From Clostridia bacterium (GTDB taxonomy: Bacteria > Bacillota > DSM-521 > Neomoorellales > SLTJ01): a stretch of 64,000 nucleotides of DNA. The notes below the pieces were generated by a model, which was not told the origin of the DNA, ran no database searches, and worked only from the letters and a program-made list of their open reading frames with translations. Both the position numbers and the translations under genes were made by a program. Where the stretch lies: contig JANLFO010000005.1 in assembly GCA_024653205.1 (NCBI GenBank), positions 65,284 to 129,283 on the forward strand. The letters run 5' to 3'. Positions 9,736 through 18,947 of this stretch are shown one piece after another (within the stretch, counting starts at the first letter, position 1; the number at the start of each line of letters is the position of its first letter).

Positions 9736-9847
9736 TTATCCCCTATTAGCCCCGGGGCAGTCCTGGTTCATCCTCGTACCGGTCGCTTAGCGACCGGCAC
9801 GCTTTAGGTACTCGGGGAAACCGGGACTGCCCTCCGAAAGGTGGGGA
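9736..9847. repeat. palindromic MITE-like repeat, short copy
   Basis: TTATCCCC...GGGCAGTCCTGGTT ... AACCGGGACTGCCC with inner CGTACCGGTCGCTTAGCGACCGGCACG. Its arms match the reverse complement of both arms of the longer copy at 20057..20295. Confidence 0.6.
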
Positions 9848-9900
9848 TGAGTCAGGGCCCGGCGCCGATCATAATCCGCAGGGTCTTCTAAAGCGAGAAG

Positions 9901-11220
9901 GTGATTCGGTTGAGCCTCAACGCTACACCACGGGGAGAAAGGTTCCATATTGCCCTCTTCGGCCGGCGCAACGCGGGCAAGTCCAGCCTTATCAACGCCC
10001 TGACCGGCCAGGAGGTGGCCATCGTCTCCGAGGTGCCCGGCACCACCACCGACCCGGTGGGCAAGGCCATGGAGCTGCATCCCCTTGGCCCGGTGATGAT
10101 CATCGACACCGCCGGCCTAGATGATACCGGCCCGCTGGGCGAGCTGCGAATCAAGGCTACCCTAAGGGTGCTCACCCGCACCGACCTGGCGGTCCTGGTG
10201 GTAGACCCGGGCCAGGGCCTGGGAGAGTACGAGCGCGAGGTGGTGCGGCGGGCGGGACAGACCGGGGTGCCGGTAGTAGGGGTGATCAACAAGACCGACC
10301 TCTTTCCCGAGGCCGCCGAGCGGCCCTGGCGCCGGGAACTCGATGTCCCGTGGGTGGCGGTCAGCGCCCGGCTGGGCCGGGGTATAGATGAGCTGAAGAT
10401 GACCCTGGTGCAGCACGCGCCCAGGGACTGGGCCCTGCCTACCATCGTGGGCGACCTCATACGGCCGGGGGAGGCAGTGGTGCTGGTCATACCCATCGAC
10501 AAGGCCGCGCCCAAGGGCCGCCTCATTCTGCCCCAGCAGCAGGTGATCCGGGACGTGCTGGATCACGACGCCGTGGCCGTCATGGCCAAGGAGCGGGAAC
10601 TGCCGCGGGTTCTGGCCGGCCTCACCACCCGGCCGGCGCTGGTGGTAACCGACTCCTCGGTGTTCCGCAAGGCGGCCGAGGATACCCCGGCGGATATCCC
10701 CTTCACCTCCTTCTCCATCCTGTTCGCGCGCTACAAGGGCGACCTGCTCACCCTGGTAGAGGGGGCCATGGCGGTAGAGCGCCTGAAACCGGGCGACCGC
10801 GTACTCGTCGCCGAGGCCTGCACCCATCACCCGCTGGAGGACGACATCGGCCGGGTAAAGATCCCCCGGTGGCTGCAGCAGAGGGTAGGCGGCGATCTGG
10901 TCATAGACACGGTGGCCGGCGGCGGACCCCTGCCTGAGAACCTGACCAACTACCGGCTGGTGGTGCATTGCGGGGCCTGCATGCTCAACCGCCGGGAAAT
11001 GCTCTACCGGCTGCTCCAGGCCCGCCAGGCCGGGGTGCCGGTGGTGAACTACGGGGTGATCATAGCCTACCTGCAGGGCATACTGAAGCGGGCGCTCTCC
11101 CCCTTTCCGGCGGTACAGGCCCTGCTGGAAGAGGGCACCCAAACCGAAGACGGGCCGCCGGCGGAGCAGGGGCTGCCGGAACGGGAAGCGGGAGGCCGGC
11201 ATGCGCCGCGAGTTTCTTGA
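9901..11220 (+). CDS. hydF: [FeFe]-hydrogenase maturation GTPase HydF
   Basis: G1 GRRNAGKSS, G3 DTAGLDD, NKTD and a C-terminal Fe-S ligand region (EACTHHP ... HCGACM). The exact start is uncertain. Confidence 0.9.
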   Translation: MIRLSLNATPRGERFHIALFGRRNAGKSSLINALTGQEVAIVSEVPGTTTDPVGKAMELHPLGPVMIIDTAGLDDTGPLGELRIKATLRVLTRTDLAVLVVDPGQGLGEYEREVVRRAGQTGVPVVGVINKTDLFPEAAERPWRRELDVPWVAVSARLGRGIDELKMTLVQHAPRDWALPTIVGDLIRPGEAVVLVIPIDKAAPKGRLILPQQQVIRDVLDHDAVAVMAKERELPRVLAGLTTRPALVVTDSSVFRKAAEDTPADIPFTSFSILFARYKGDLLTLVEGAMAVERLKPGDRVLVAEACTHHPLEDDIGRVKIPRWLQQRVGGDLVIDTVAGGGPLPENLTNYRLVVHCGACMLNRREMLYRLLQARQAGVPVVNYGVIIAYLQGILKRALSPFPAVQALLEEGTQTEDGPPAEQGLPEREAGGRHAPRVS

Positions 11221-12286
11221 CGCCCTGGCCAAAGCCCGGGAAACCCACGACCTCACCCGGGAGGAGATAGTTGCTCTGCTGTCCGCCGAGGGCGAGGAAA
11301 TGAGGGCCCTGGGCCGCGCCGCAGACGAGGTGCGCGAGCAATACCTGGGTCCGGAGGTGCACCTGCGCGGCATTATCGAGTTCTCCAACTACTGCCGCCG
11401 CAACTGTCTCTACTGCGGCCTGCGGCGGGACAACCGCGACCTGCCGCGCTACCGTATGGAGCCGGAGGAAATCCTGGCGGTGGCCAAAAAGGCGGTGGAG
11501 CTGGGGCTGCCCACGGTGGTGCTGCAATCCGGAGAGGACCTTCATTACGGCGGGCCGGTCATAGGCGAGATCGTGGCCGGTCTGAAAAGGGAGATAGGGG
11601 TACAGGCGGTCACCCTTTCCCTGGGCGAGCGGTCCCGGGAGGACTATGCCCTGTGGCGGCAGGCCGGGGCGGACCGCTACCTTCTGAAGCACGAGACCGC
11701 CGACCAGGAGCTCTTCGCCCGCCTGCGGCCGGGCACCGGCTACCGCCGCCGCCTGCAGTGCCTGGCGTGGCTAAGGGAGCTGGGCTACCAGGTGGGCTCG
11801 GGCAACATGGTGGGCCTCCCGGGACAGAGCTTGGTGAGCCTGGCCGAGGACCTTCTGCTGTTGAAGGAACTAGAGGTGGAGATGGCGGGCATCGGCCCCT
11901 TCATCCCCCATCCCCAAACCCCCCTGGCGGGTGAAGCCGGCGGCACGCCGGAGCTCACCCTGAAAGTCCTGGCCGTGGCCAGGCTCCTGCTTCCCACCGC
12001 GCACCTGCCGGCCACCACCGCCCTAGGCACCGTTCACCCCCAGGGCCGCAGCTTAGGCCTGCGCTTCGGCGCCAACGTGATCATGCCGGACATTACTCCG
12101 GCTCCCTATCGCTACTATTACCAGATCTACCCCGGCAAGGCCGGCGGCTACCGGGAGGTGGAGGAGGCGGTCCTGGCGGTAAAGGAAATGATACTGTCCT
12201 TGGGCCGCCGGATCGCCAGCGGCCCGGGCCACGCCCCCGGCCGGGGAAGGACGAGTACAGCCCTTTGGGAGTTCGCCAGGAACTGA
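11201..12286 (+). CDS. hydE: [FeFe]-hydrogenase radical-SAM maturase HydE
   Basis: BioB-like; CRRNCLYCGLRRDN motif. Overlaps the hydF stop by 20 nt. Confidence 0.9.
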   Translation: MRREFLDALAKARETHDLTREEIVALLSAEGEEMRALGRAADEVREQYLGPEVHLRGIIEFSNYCRRNCLYCGLRRDNRDLPRYRMEPEEILAVAKKAVELGLPTVVLQSGEDLHYGGPVIGEIVAGLKREIGVQAVTLSLGERSREDYALWRQAGADRYLLKHETADQELFARLRPGTGYRRRLQCLAWLRELGYQVGSGNMVGLPGQSLVSLAEDLLLLKELEVEMAGIGPFIPHPQTPLAGEAGGTPELTLKVLAVARLLLPTAHLPATTALGTVHPQGRSLGLRFGANVIMPDITPAPYRYYYQIYPGKAGGYREVEEAVLAVKEMILSLGRRIASGPGHAPGRGRTSTALWEFARN

Positions 12287-12433
12287 GCTCGGCCACGGCG
12301 AGGGAAGAACGGGCGCCAGGTCTCAGGCTGCCGAGAACGGCCGGCGCTGGTCAGGTGCGGCGTCACGTCCGTCTGCGTGGCCGGCTACGAGAGGTGGTTG
12401 AGTCGGCCGTCTAAAGAGGAAAGGCCACCAAGT

Positions 12434-12814
12434 TCACCGGACCAGCCAGGAGGCCAGGCCTACGGCCACCCCGGCCACGGCCACGATAGTACCGATTATC
12501 CAGCGGGTGGTGTTGTGCAGCTCCTGGTGCAGGGCCTCGGTCTTAACGTCTAGTCGGTCGATCCGAGCCTCCAGTCTCTGTATCTTGGCGTCGGTTTCTT
12601 TGCGCAGGTCTTCGATCTTCGCGTCCAGCTTATCAATCCTGGCGTCCAGCTTATCAATCCTGGCGTCCAGCTTTTCGTCCAACCGTCCCAGCTTATCATC
12701 TAACCGGGCCAGCTGTTGCATGATGAGATTAAACGGGTCAAAAGAGGTGCGGAAGGTGAACCCTTGCTCCTCACTGCCGGCAGCCACTTGCTTCTTGGTT
12801 TCGTCTTCAACCAT
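12434..12814 (-). CDS. coiled-coil protein with a C-terminal TM anchor (XhlA-like architecture)
   Basis: Heptad repeats LDEKLDARIDKLDARIDKLDAKIEDL and a terminal TM helix IIGTIVAVAGVAVGLASWLV. ATG preceded by GGAGGGGAGG. Confidence 0.55.
   Translation of the reverse strand: MVEDETKKQVAAGSEEQGFTFRTSFDPFNLIMQQLARLDDKLGRLDEKLDARIDKLDARIDKLDAKIEDLRKETDAKIQRLEARIDRLDVKTEALHQELHNTTRWIIGTIVAVAGVAVGLASWLVR
12621..12683. repeat. 21-bp tandem repeat (about 2.6 units) inside the coiled-coil gene
   Basis: GCGTCCAGCTTATCAATCCTG occurs exactly twice (12621..12641 and 12642..12662), followed by a diverged third unit. It encodes repeated ARIDKLD heptads. Confidence 0.85.
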
Positions 12815-13080
12815 AACCACTCTACCTCCCCTCCCCGGCCCTATTGTACTACTTTCACAGCAATGCAGGCAATGCTTACCTGCCCGCCGGCCCGCCCACA
12901 CTGGTTTGGCCCGAACTCAGCGGTCCGCGCACCCGGCTCGGGCGGGCGCTCCCACCTGTTAAGCTCGGGCAGGAAGTTTCCCCTCTGGTGGAGAACATCG
13001 CGCCCTGGCGGGTATACCCGCGGACAGAACCCGCAAGAGTACAATCTACCCCCGGCAAGGGGAAAGGGGGTGAAGGAAGA

Positions 13081-13335
13081 GTGGAGAAACGCATAGGGGT
13101 GGTGGCCATAATCATCACCGACCGAGAAAGAGTGGCGCCTCAGGTTAATTCCATTCTCAGCAGCTACGCCGACGTCATCGTGGGCCGGCTGGGCGTGCCC
13201 TACCGGGAAAGAGGGGTGGCGGTGATCGCCCTGATCGTGGACGGGGACAGCGACACCATCGGCGCCATGACCGGCAAGCTGGGCAGCCTGCCCGGGGTGA
13301 AGGTGCGGGCGGCCCTGGCCGGAGAACTAGACTAG
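13081..13335 (+). CDS. TM1266-family iron-only hydrogenase system regulator (ACT/NikR-C-like, about 84 aa)
   Basis: RIGVVAIIITDRERVAPQVNSILSSYADVIVGRLGVPYRERGVAVIALIVDGDSDTIGAMTGKLGSLPGVKV matches the small regulator family that accompanies hydEFG. GTG start after GGGGGTGA. Confidence 0.7.
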   Translation: MEKRIGVVAIIITDRERVAPQVNSILSSYADVIVGRLGVPYRERGVAVIALIVDGDSDTIGAMTGKLGSLPGVKVRAALAGELD

Positions 13336-13778
13336 CTCGCTGGCGGACACACCTTAGGGACCGAGAACACCGAACCTAGGCGAGTTCGCCGCGGGCCCCG
13401 GAACTCAGGAGGGCCGCCGACCTCATGGCGCCACGGGCCGCACCGAAAGCCCGCCGTAAGACCCAGCACCGCTCCGACTCTTGCCCGCAGGGTGACGAAA
13501 GCGGAAACCCGGCCCGCCCGAACCAACCGGTGATAACCCCAAGCCCTGAAATGATGGCCGGACAAGTGCCTGACGACCGGACAAGCGAAGGCGGGCGCCG
13601 GCCCGGGGCAGATCCCGACCGGCGCCCGTTCCTTTCGTTTGCCGCCTCTTCCTGCGTCAAGTCCTGTCCGATCTGGCGGATCCCAGTTTGCCCTGCCGAC
13701 AGAAACTGGGGACGGCAACGCCTAATCTTCTAACCTGGCCTCCCCGGCCGGCCGGGGCAACCGGGATTCCCGGCTCCT

Positions 13779-15503
13779 CTAGTACCTGCTCCGGGCCGTG
13801 TAGTGGGTGTGTAGCAGGTGGTGCGACTTCTCGCCCAGGGGCCGGCCCAGGAACTCCCGGTACAGGGCCTGGACGGACGGGTTCTCGTGCGACTTGCGGA
13901 TCACCATGCGCTCGTCGGCGGTGTAGATGCCGGCCATGCGCCGGGCCCGGATCTCGGTATTGGTGGGGATGGGCTGGCCGCCGCCGCCCAGGCAGCCGCC
14001 GGGGCAGGCCATTATCTCGATGAAGTGGAATTGCTCGCCCGCCTTTACCCGCTCTAGCAACTGCCGGGCGTAACCCAGGCTGTGGGCCACCGCCACCCGC
14101 ACCGGGGTGCCGTTTATCTCCACCGTCGCCTCCTTGATGCCCTCCAGCCCGCGCACGGGTTCGAACCTCAGGGTGGGCAGTTCCTTGCCGGTGAGCAGTT
14201 CGTAGGCCGTGCGCAGCGCCGCTTCCATGACGCCGCCGGTAGCGCCGAAGAGCACCGCCGCGCCGGTGGATTCGCCCAGGGGGTCGTCGTATTGCTCCTC
14301 AGGCAGGCGGGCGAAGTCGATTCCCGCCTGCCGGATCATGCGCGCCAGCTCGCGGACGGTGAGAACGTAGTCCACGTCTTGGTAGCCGCTGGAGCGCATC
14401 TCCGGACGCTGGGCCTCGAACTTCTTGGCCGTGCAGGGCATGATGGAGACTACTACCATCCGGGAAGGATCTATTCCCACCTTAGAGGCGTAGTAGGTCT
14501 TGGCTATAGCCCCGAACATCTGCTGCGGCGACTTGCAGGTGGAGAGATTGGGCAAAAGCTCGGGGTAGAAGTGCTCGATGAATTTGATCCAGCCCGGGCT
14601 GCAGGAGGTCAGAAGCGGCAGCCTTTCTCCTTTCTTGAAGCGCTCGATGAACTCGCTTCCTTCCTCCATGATGGTGAGGTCGGCGGCAAAGTCGGTATCG
14701 AAAACCCGGTCGAAGCCCAGGCGCCGCAGCGCGGCCACCATCTTGCCGGTGCTGATGGCGCCCGGAGAAAGGCCGAACTCCTCCCCAATGGAGACCCGGG
14801 TGGCGGGCGCGGTCTGCACCACCACGAACTTGTCCGGGTCGGCCAGCGCCGCCCAGACCTCCTCGGTATAGTCCTTCTCGTAGAGGGCGCCCACCGGGCA
14901 CACCAGGATGCACTGCCCGCACTGCACGCAGGCCACGTCCATCAGCGGGGCCTGGAAGGCAGGCCCGATGACGGCTTCAAAGCCGCGCTCCAGGGGAGCG
15001 ATGGCCCGCACGCCCTGGACCTTCTCGCATACCGCCACGCACCGGCGGCACAGGATGCACTTCTCCGGGTCCCGCACCAGGGCCGGAGTAGAGGTGTCGG
15101 GCGGGTAGCTTACCCGCGCGCCCTCGAAGCGCACCTCCCGCACTCCCAGCGCGCGGGCCAGGTCCTGCAGCTCGCAGTTGAGGTTGCGCACGCAGGTGGG
15201 GCACTCCATCTTGTGGTTAGAAAGCAACAGTTCCAGGTTGAACCTCCGCGCCGCCCTCACCCGCGGGGTGTTGGTGCGCACCACCATTCCCTCGCTCACC
15301 GGGGTGACGCAGGAGGCGGAAAGATTGCGCGCTCCCTCTATCTCCACCAGGCATATGCGGCAGGCGCCGATCTCGTTAATCCCTTCCAGATAGCACAAGG
15401 TGGGGATGTGGATGCCCGCCAGCTGCGCCGCCTTGAGCACGGTAGTGCCCGGTTCCACTTCCACCCTCAGGCCGTCAATGGTCAAGGCTACCTTGTCGCC
15501 CAT
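13779..15503 (-). CDS. hydA: [FeFe]-hydrogenase catalytic subunit (HydA, multimeric group A3 type)
   Basis: N-terminal 2Fe-2S plus His-ligated and 2x[4Fe-4S] domains. H-cluster motifs MPCTAKKFE and EIMACPGGCLGGGGQP are present. Motif 1 reads TSCSPGW. Confidence 0.9.
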   Translation of the reverse strand: MGDKVALTIDGLRVEVEPGTTVLKAAQLAGIHIPTLCYLEGINEIGACRICLVEIEGARNLSASCVTPVSEGMVVRTNTPRVRAARRFNLELLLSNHKMECPTCVRNLNCELQDLARALGVREVRFEGARVSYPPDTSTPALVRDPEKCILCRRCVAVCEKVQGVRAIAPLERGFEAVIGPAFQAPLMDVACVQCGQCILVCPVGALYEKDYTEEVWAALADPDKFVVVQTAPATRVSIGEEFGLSPGAISTGKMVAALRRLGFDRVFDTDFAADLTIMEEGSEFIERFKKGERLPLLTSCSPGWIKFIEHFYPELLPNLSTCKSPQQMFGAIAKTYYASKVGIDPSRMVVVSIMPCTAKKFEAQRPEMRSSGYQDVDYVLTVRELARMIRQAGIDFARLPEEQYDDPLGESTGAAVLFGATGGVMEAALRTAYELLTGKELPTLRFEPVRGLEGIKEATVEINGTPVRVAVAHSLGYARQLLERVKAGEQFHFIEIMACPGGCLGGGGQPIPTNTEIRARRMAGIYTADERMVIRKSHENPSVQALYREFLGRPLGEKSHHLLHTHYTARSRY

Positions 15504-15526
15504 GTGTCTGCCCCCCATCCTTCGCC

Positions 15527-18500
15527 TTACTCCCGCACGTCGCAGCGCAGGCAGCGCGCCGCCTCCGCCAACGCCTGGTCTTCGTCGTAGCCCAGCTCCA
15601 CCTCGGCAAAGCCGCGCAGGCGCTCCTCCACCGGCAGGCTGGCGGCCTCCTCGCGGGCGGTCCGCTCCTCGATTACCGGCGCCGTGCGCCGCCGCTCCAC
15701 CGGTACTACCGGGACCACCCGGCCGTCGCCGCCCAGGTAACTATCGATGGCCGACGCCGCCCGCTTGCCCATGGCAATGGCCTCCACCACCGTGGCCGGC
15801 CCGCTCACGCAGTCGCCGCCGGCAAACACGCCGGGCAGGTCGGTGGCCAGAGTCTTCTCGTCGCAGGCGATGGTGCCGCCCCGGGTGAAGGAGACCTTTC
15901 CGGCCAGCCCGGCCTCGTCCACCGCCTGCCCGATGGCCGCCACCACCACCTGGGCCTCCAGGACGTAGTCCGAGCCCTCAACCGGCACCGGCCGGCGCCG
16001 GCCCGAACGGTCGAACTCGCCCAGCCGCATCCGCCGGCACTTTACCGCCCGGACCCGGCCGTTCTCGCCCAAGATCTCCACCGGGTTGGTGAGGCAGTCC
16101 AGGATGATGCCTTCCTTCTCCGCCTCTTCCACTTCCTCCCGCAGGGCGGGCATCTCGTCCCGGGTGCGGCGGTAGAGGATGCGCACTTCCTTGGCGCCCA
16201 GCCGACGGGCCGAACGCGCCGCGTCCATGGCCACGTTTCCGCCGCCGACCACGGCCACCACCTTGTCCTTCACGTCCACCGGCCGGCCCAGGTTGAGCTC
16301 CCGCAGGAAGGTGATGCCGGAGTACACTCCCTCCAGCTCCTCGCCCGGCACGCCCAGCTTCTGGTCCCGGTGGGCGCCCACGGCCACGAATACCGCCTCG
16401 TAGCCCTGCTGCTGCAGGTCCTCCAGGGTGAAGTCGCGGCCCAGGGCGGCGTTGGTGCGGATCTCCACCCCGGCCTCGGCGATGGTATCGATCTCCGCCG
16501 CCAGCTGCTTCTTGGGCAGCCGGTATTCGGGAATGCCCACCGCCAGCATGCCGCCCGCCACCGGCAGGGCCTCGAACACGGTCACGGCGTAGCCCTTCAG
16601 GGCCAGGTAGTAGGCTGCGGTCAGTCCCGCCGGACCGGAGCCCACTACCGCCACCTTGTGGCCGTTAGCCGGAGCGGGCGAGGGCTTAGGCCGCCGGCCG
16701 TTGAGGGAGAGGGCGTAGTCGGCGGCAAAGCGCTTGAGCTCGCGAATGGCTATGGGCTGGTCCAGCTTGCCCCGGTTGCACTTACCCTCGCAGGGGTGAT
16801 GGCACACCCGGCCGCACACCACCGGGAAGGGGTTTTCCTGACGCACCACCTCGTAGGCCTCGGCAAAACGGCGCTGCCGGATGAGGTCCACGTAGATGGG
16901 CACGTCCACGTTGGCCGGGCAGGTGTTCTGGCACGGGGAGGTGAAAAGCGCCGCGCATACCGAGGCCGGGCAGCGCTTGTCGCGGATGTGGGCCTCGTAC
17001 TCGTGCCGGAAGTAGCGGATGGTGCTCAATACCGGGTTGGGCGCGGTCTGTCCCAGGCCGCAGAGGGCGGCATCCTTGATCTGCTGGCCCATCTCCTCAA
17101 GGAGCTCGATGTCGCCCTCCCGTCCCTCACCCCTGGTGATCCGGTCCAGGATCTCCAGCATGCGGGTGGTGCCTATGCGGCAGGGCGTGCACTTGCCGCA
17201 GGACTCGTCTTTGACGAAGTCCAGGAAAAACTTGGCCAGGTCCACCATGCAGGTGTCCTCGTCCATGATGATGAGACCGCCGGACCCCATGATGGTGCCG
17301 AGCTCGGTAAGGGATTCGTAGTCGATGGGCACGTTCAGGTACTCGGCCGGGATGCATCCCCCGGAGGGACCGCCGGTCTGGGCCGCCTTGAACTTTTTGC
17401 CCCCGGGGATGCCGCCGCCGATGTCGTAGATGACCTCGCCCAGACTGGTGCCCATGGGCACCTCCACCAGACCGTTGTTGTTGATCTTGCCCGCCAGGGC
17501 GAATACCTTGGTGCCCTTGCTCTTCTCCGTGCCGATGGAGGCGAACCATTCCCACCCGTTGCGGATGATGGTGGGCACGTTGGCCATGGTTTCCACGTTA
17601 TTGATTATCGTGGGCTGACCCCAGAGCCCCTTCTGGGCCGGGAAGGGCGGCCGGGGACGCGGTTCGCCGCGCCGGCCCTCGATGGAGGCCAGAAGCGCCG
17701 TCTCCTCTCCGCAGACGAAGGCTCCCGCCCCGAGACGGATGTCGATATCGAAGTCAAAGCCGGTGCCGAACAGGTTCTGGCCCAGCAGGCCTTTCTCGCG
17801 GGCCTGCTCGATGGCGATGCGCAGCCGGCGCACGGCAATGGGGTACTCCGCCCGGACGTACACGTATCCCTGGTTGGCGCCGATGGCGTAGCCGGCAATG
17901 GCCATGCCCTCGAGCACCGCGTGGGGGTCGCCCTCCAGGATGCTTCGGTCCATGAAGGCGCCGGGGTCGCCCTCGTCGGCGTTGCAGACCACGTACTTGG
18001 GTTTGCCGGGCGCCCGGTAGGCAAAGTCCCACTTGGCTCCCGTGGGGAACCCGCCGCCCCCGCGGCCCCGCAGGCCCGACTTCTTGATGGTGTTTATGAC
18101 GTCCTCCGGCTTCATTTCGGTTAGCACCCTGCCCAGGGCCAGGTAGCCGTCCCGGGCGATGTACTCGTCGATGACCTCGGGGTTGATAAGCCCGCAGTTC
18201 CTCAGGGCAATGCGCAGCTGGTGCCGGAAGAAGGGGATCTCCTCCAGTTCGGCCACCGTAACCTCGGTTTCCGGCCAGCGGTACAGCAGGCGCTGCAGCA
18301 CCCGGCCCTTGACCAGGTGCTCCTCTACCAGCTCCGGCACGTCCTCGGGCTTGACGCCGCAGTAGAATACGCCCTCCGGGTAGATCATCATGTTAGGACC
18401 AAAGCGGCAGAAACCGAAGCACCCGGTCTCCACCACCCTTACCTCTCGCTCCAGCCCTCTGGCCGCTACCTCCCGGACCAGGGCCTCCCGCGTGGCCTGA

Positions 18501-18562
18501 CTTCCCGCCGCCGTGCAGCCGGTGCCGGCACAGACCAAGACGTGGGCGCGATATATTTGCAT
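15527..18562 (-). CDS. hydB: NuoF-like flavoprotein subunit (HydB) fused to a C-terminal GltD/NfnB-like FAD/NAD(P)H oxidoreductase module
   Basis: Residues 1-530: thioredoxin-like 2Fe-2S N-terminus, GLRGRGGGGFPTG FMN/NADH site and ESCGKCTPCR. Residues about 530-1011: CPANVDVP..GRVCHHPCEGKC, VAVVGSGPAGL, VVAVVGGGNVAMDAAR and GVFAGGDC (two Rossmann dinucleotide sites). Confidence 0.9.
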   Translation of the reverse strand: MQIYRAHVLVCAGTGCTAAGSQATREALVREVAARGLEREVRVVETGCFGFCRFGPNMMIYPEGVFYCGVKPEDVPELVEEHLVKGRVLQRLLYRWPETEVTVAELEEIPFFRHQLRIALRNCGLINPEVIDEYIARDGYLALGRVLTEMKPEDVINTIKKSGLRGRGGGGFPTGAKWDFAYRAPGKPKYVVCNADEGDPGAFMDRSILEGDPHAVLEGMAIAGYAIGANQGYVYVRAEYPIAVRRLRIAIEQAREKGLLGQNLFGTGFDFDIDIRLGAGAFVCGEETALLASIEGRRGEPRPRPPFPAQKGLWGQPTIINNVETMANVPTIIRNGWEWFASIGTEKSKGTKVFALAGKINNNGLVEVPMGTSLGEVIYDIGGGIPGGKKFKAAQTGGPSGGCIPAEYLNVPIDYESLTELGTIMGSGGLIIMDEDTCMVDLAKFFLDFVKDESCGKCTPCRIGTTRMLEILDRITRGEGREGDIELLEEMGQQIKDAALCGLGQTAPNPVLSTIRYFRHEYEAHIRDKRCPASVCAALFTSPCQNTCPANVDVPIYVDLIRQRRFAEAYEVVRQENPFPVVCGRVCHHPCEGKCNRGKLDQPIAIRELKRFAADYALSLNGRRPKPSPAPANGHKVAVVGSGPAGLTAAYYLALKGYAVTVFEALPVAGGMLAVGIPEYRLPKKQLAAEIDTIAEAGVEIRTNAALGRDFTLEDLQQQGYEAVFVAVGAHRDQKLGVPGEELEGVYSGITFLRELNLGRPVDVKDKVVAVVGGGNVAMDAARSARRLGAKEVRILYRRTRDEMPALREEVEEAEKEGIILDCLTNPVEILGENGRVRAVKCRRMRLGEFDRSGRRRPVPVEGSDYVLEAQVVVAAIGQAVDEAGLAGKVSFTRGGTIACDEKTLATDLPGVFAGGDCVSGPATVVEAIAMGKRAASAIDSYLGGDGRVVPVVPVERRRTAPVIEERTAREEAASLPVEERLRGFAEVELGYDEDQALAEAARCLRCDVRE

Positions 18563-18584
18563 CTGACCGTCCCTCCCCAGGCCC

Positions 18585-18947
18585 CTAACGGTTTATGATC
18601 CACTCGGCCACCGGTAGGCCGTTGACGATGTGCTGGGCAACAATCTGTCGTGCCTTTTGGGCGTTCACCTTGCCGTAAGTAACCCGCGGCCGGCCGGGGA
18701 GATAAACGTCTACCAGCGGCTCCTGGGCGCAAAGACCGATGCAGCCGGTCTGGGTGACCGCCACGTTGGTGAGGCGCCTCTTTTCCAGCTCATCCAGGAT
18801 GGCGGCCATGACCTCCCGCGCCCCGGCGGCAATGCCGCAGGTGCCCATACCCACCACTACCTTTACCTTTTCCCCCCCTTCTCTGAGGGCGAGCGACTGC
18901 TGGGCTTCCTCCTTAAGTCTCTTTAAATCCTCCAGCGATTTAACCAA
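18585..18947 (-). CDS. thioredoxin-like [2Fe-2S] ferredoxin subunit
   Basis: VVVGMGTCGIAAGA ... QTGCIGLCAQEP motif pattern of the small 2Fe-2S subunit found in HydABC operons. Confidence 0.8.
   Translation of the reverse strand: MVKSLEDLKRLKEEAQQSLALREGGEKVKVVVGMGTCGIAAGAREVMAAILDELEKRRLTNVAVTQTGCIGLCAQEPLVDVYLPGRPRVTYGKVNAQKARQIVAQHIVNGLPVAEWIINR

Noticed and set aside
12621-12683. Tandem direct repeats considered as a possible CRISPR or minisatellite.
   Set aside because: There are only about 2.6 contiguous 21-bp units with no spacers, and they lie inside a coding coiled-coil region where they encode heptads. It is not a CRISPR array, and none was seen elsewhere in the window.
13336-13778. 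The 440-bp convergent intergenic region between the TM1266-type regulator and hydA, which has several 90-130-aa ORFs on both strands.
   Set aside because: None of the ORFs shows coding-like composition or motifs. The region may be degenerate repeat or terminator DNA, but I could not define a structure or match it to the MITE-like family.
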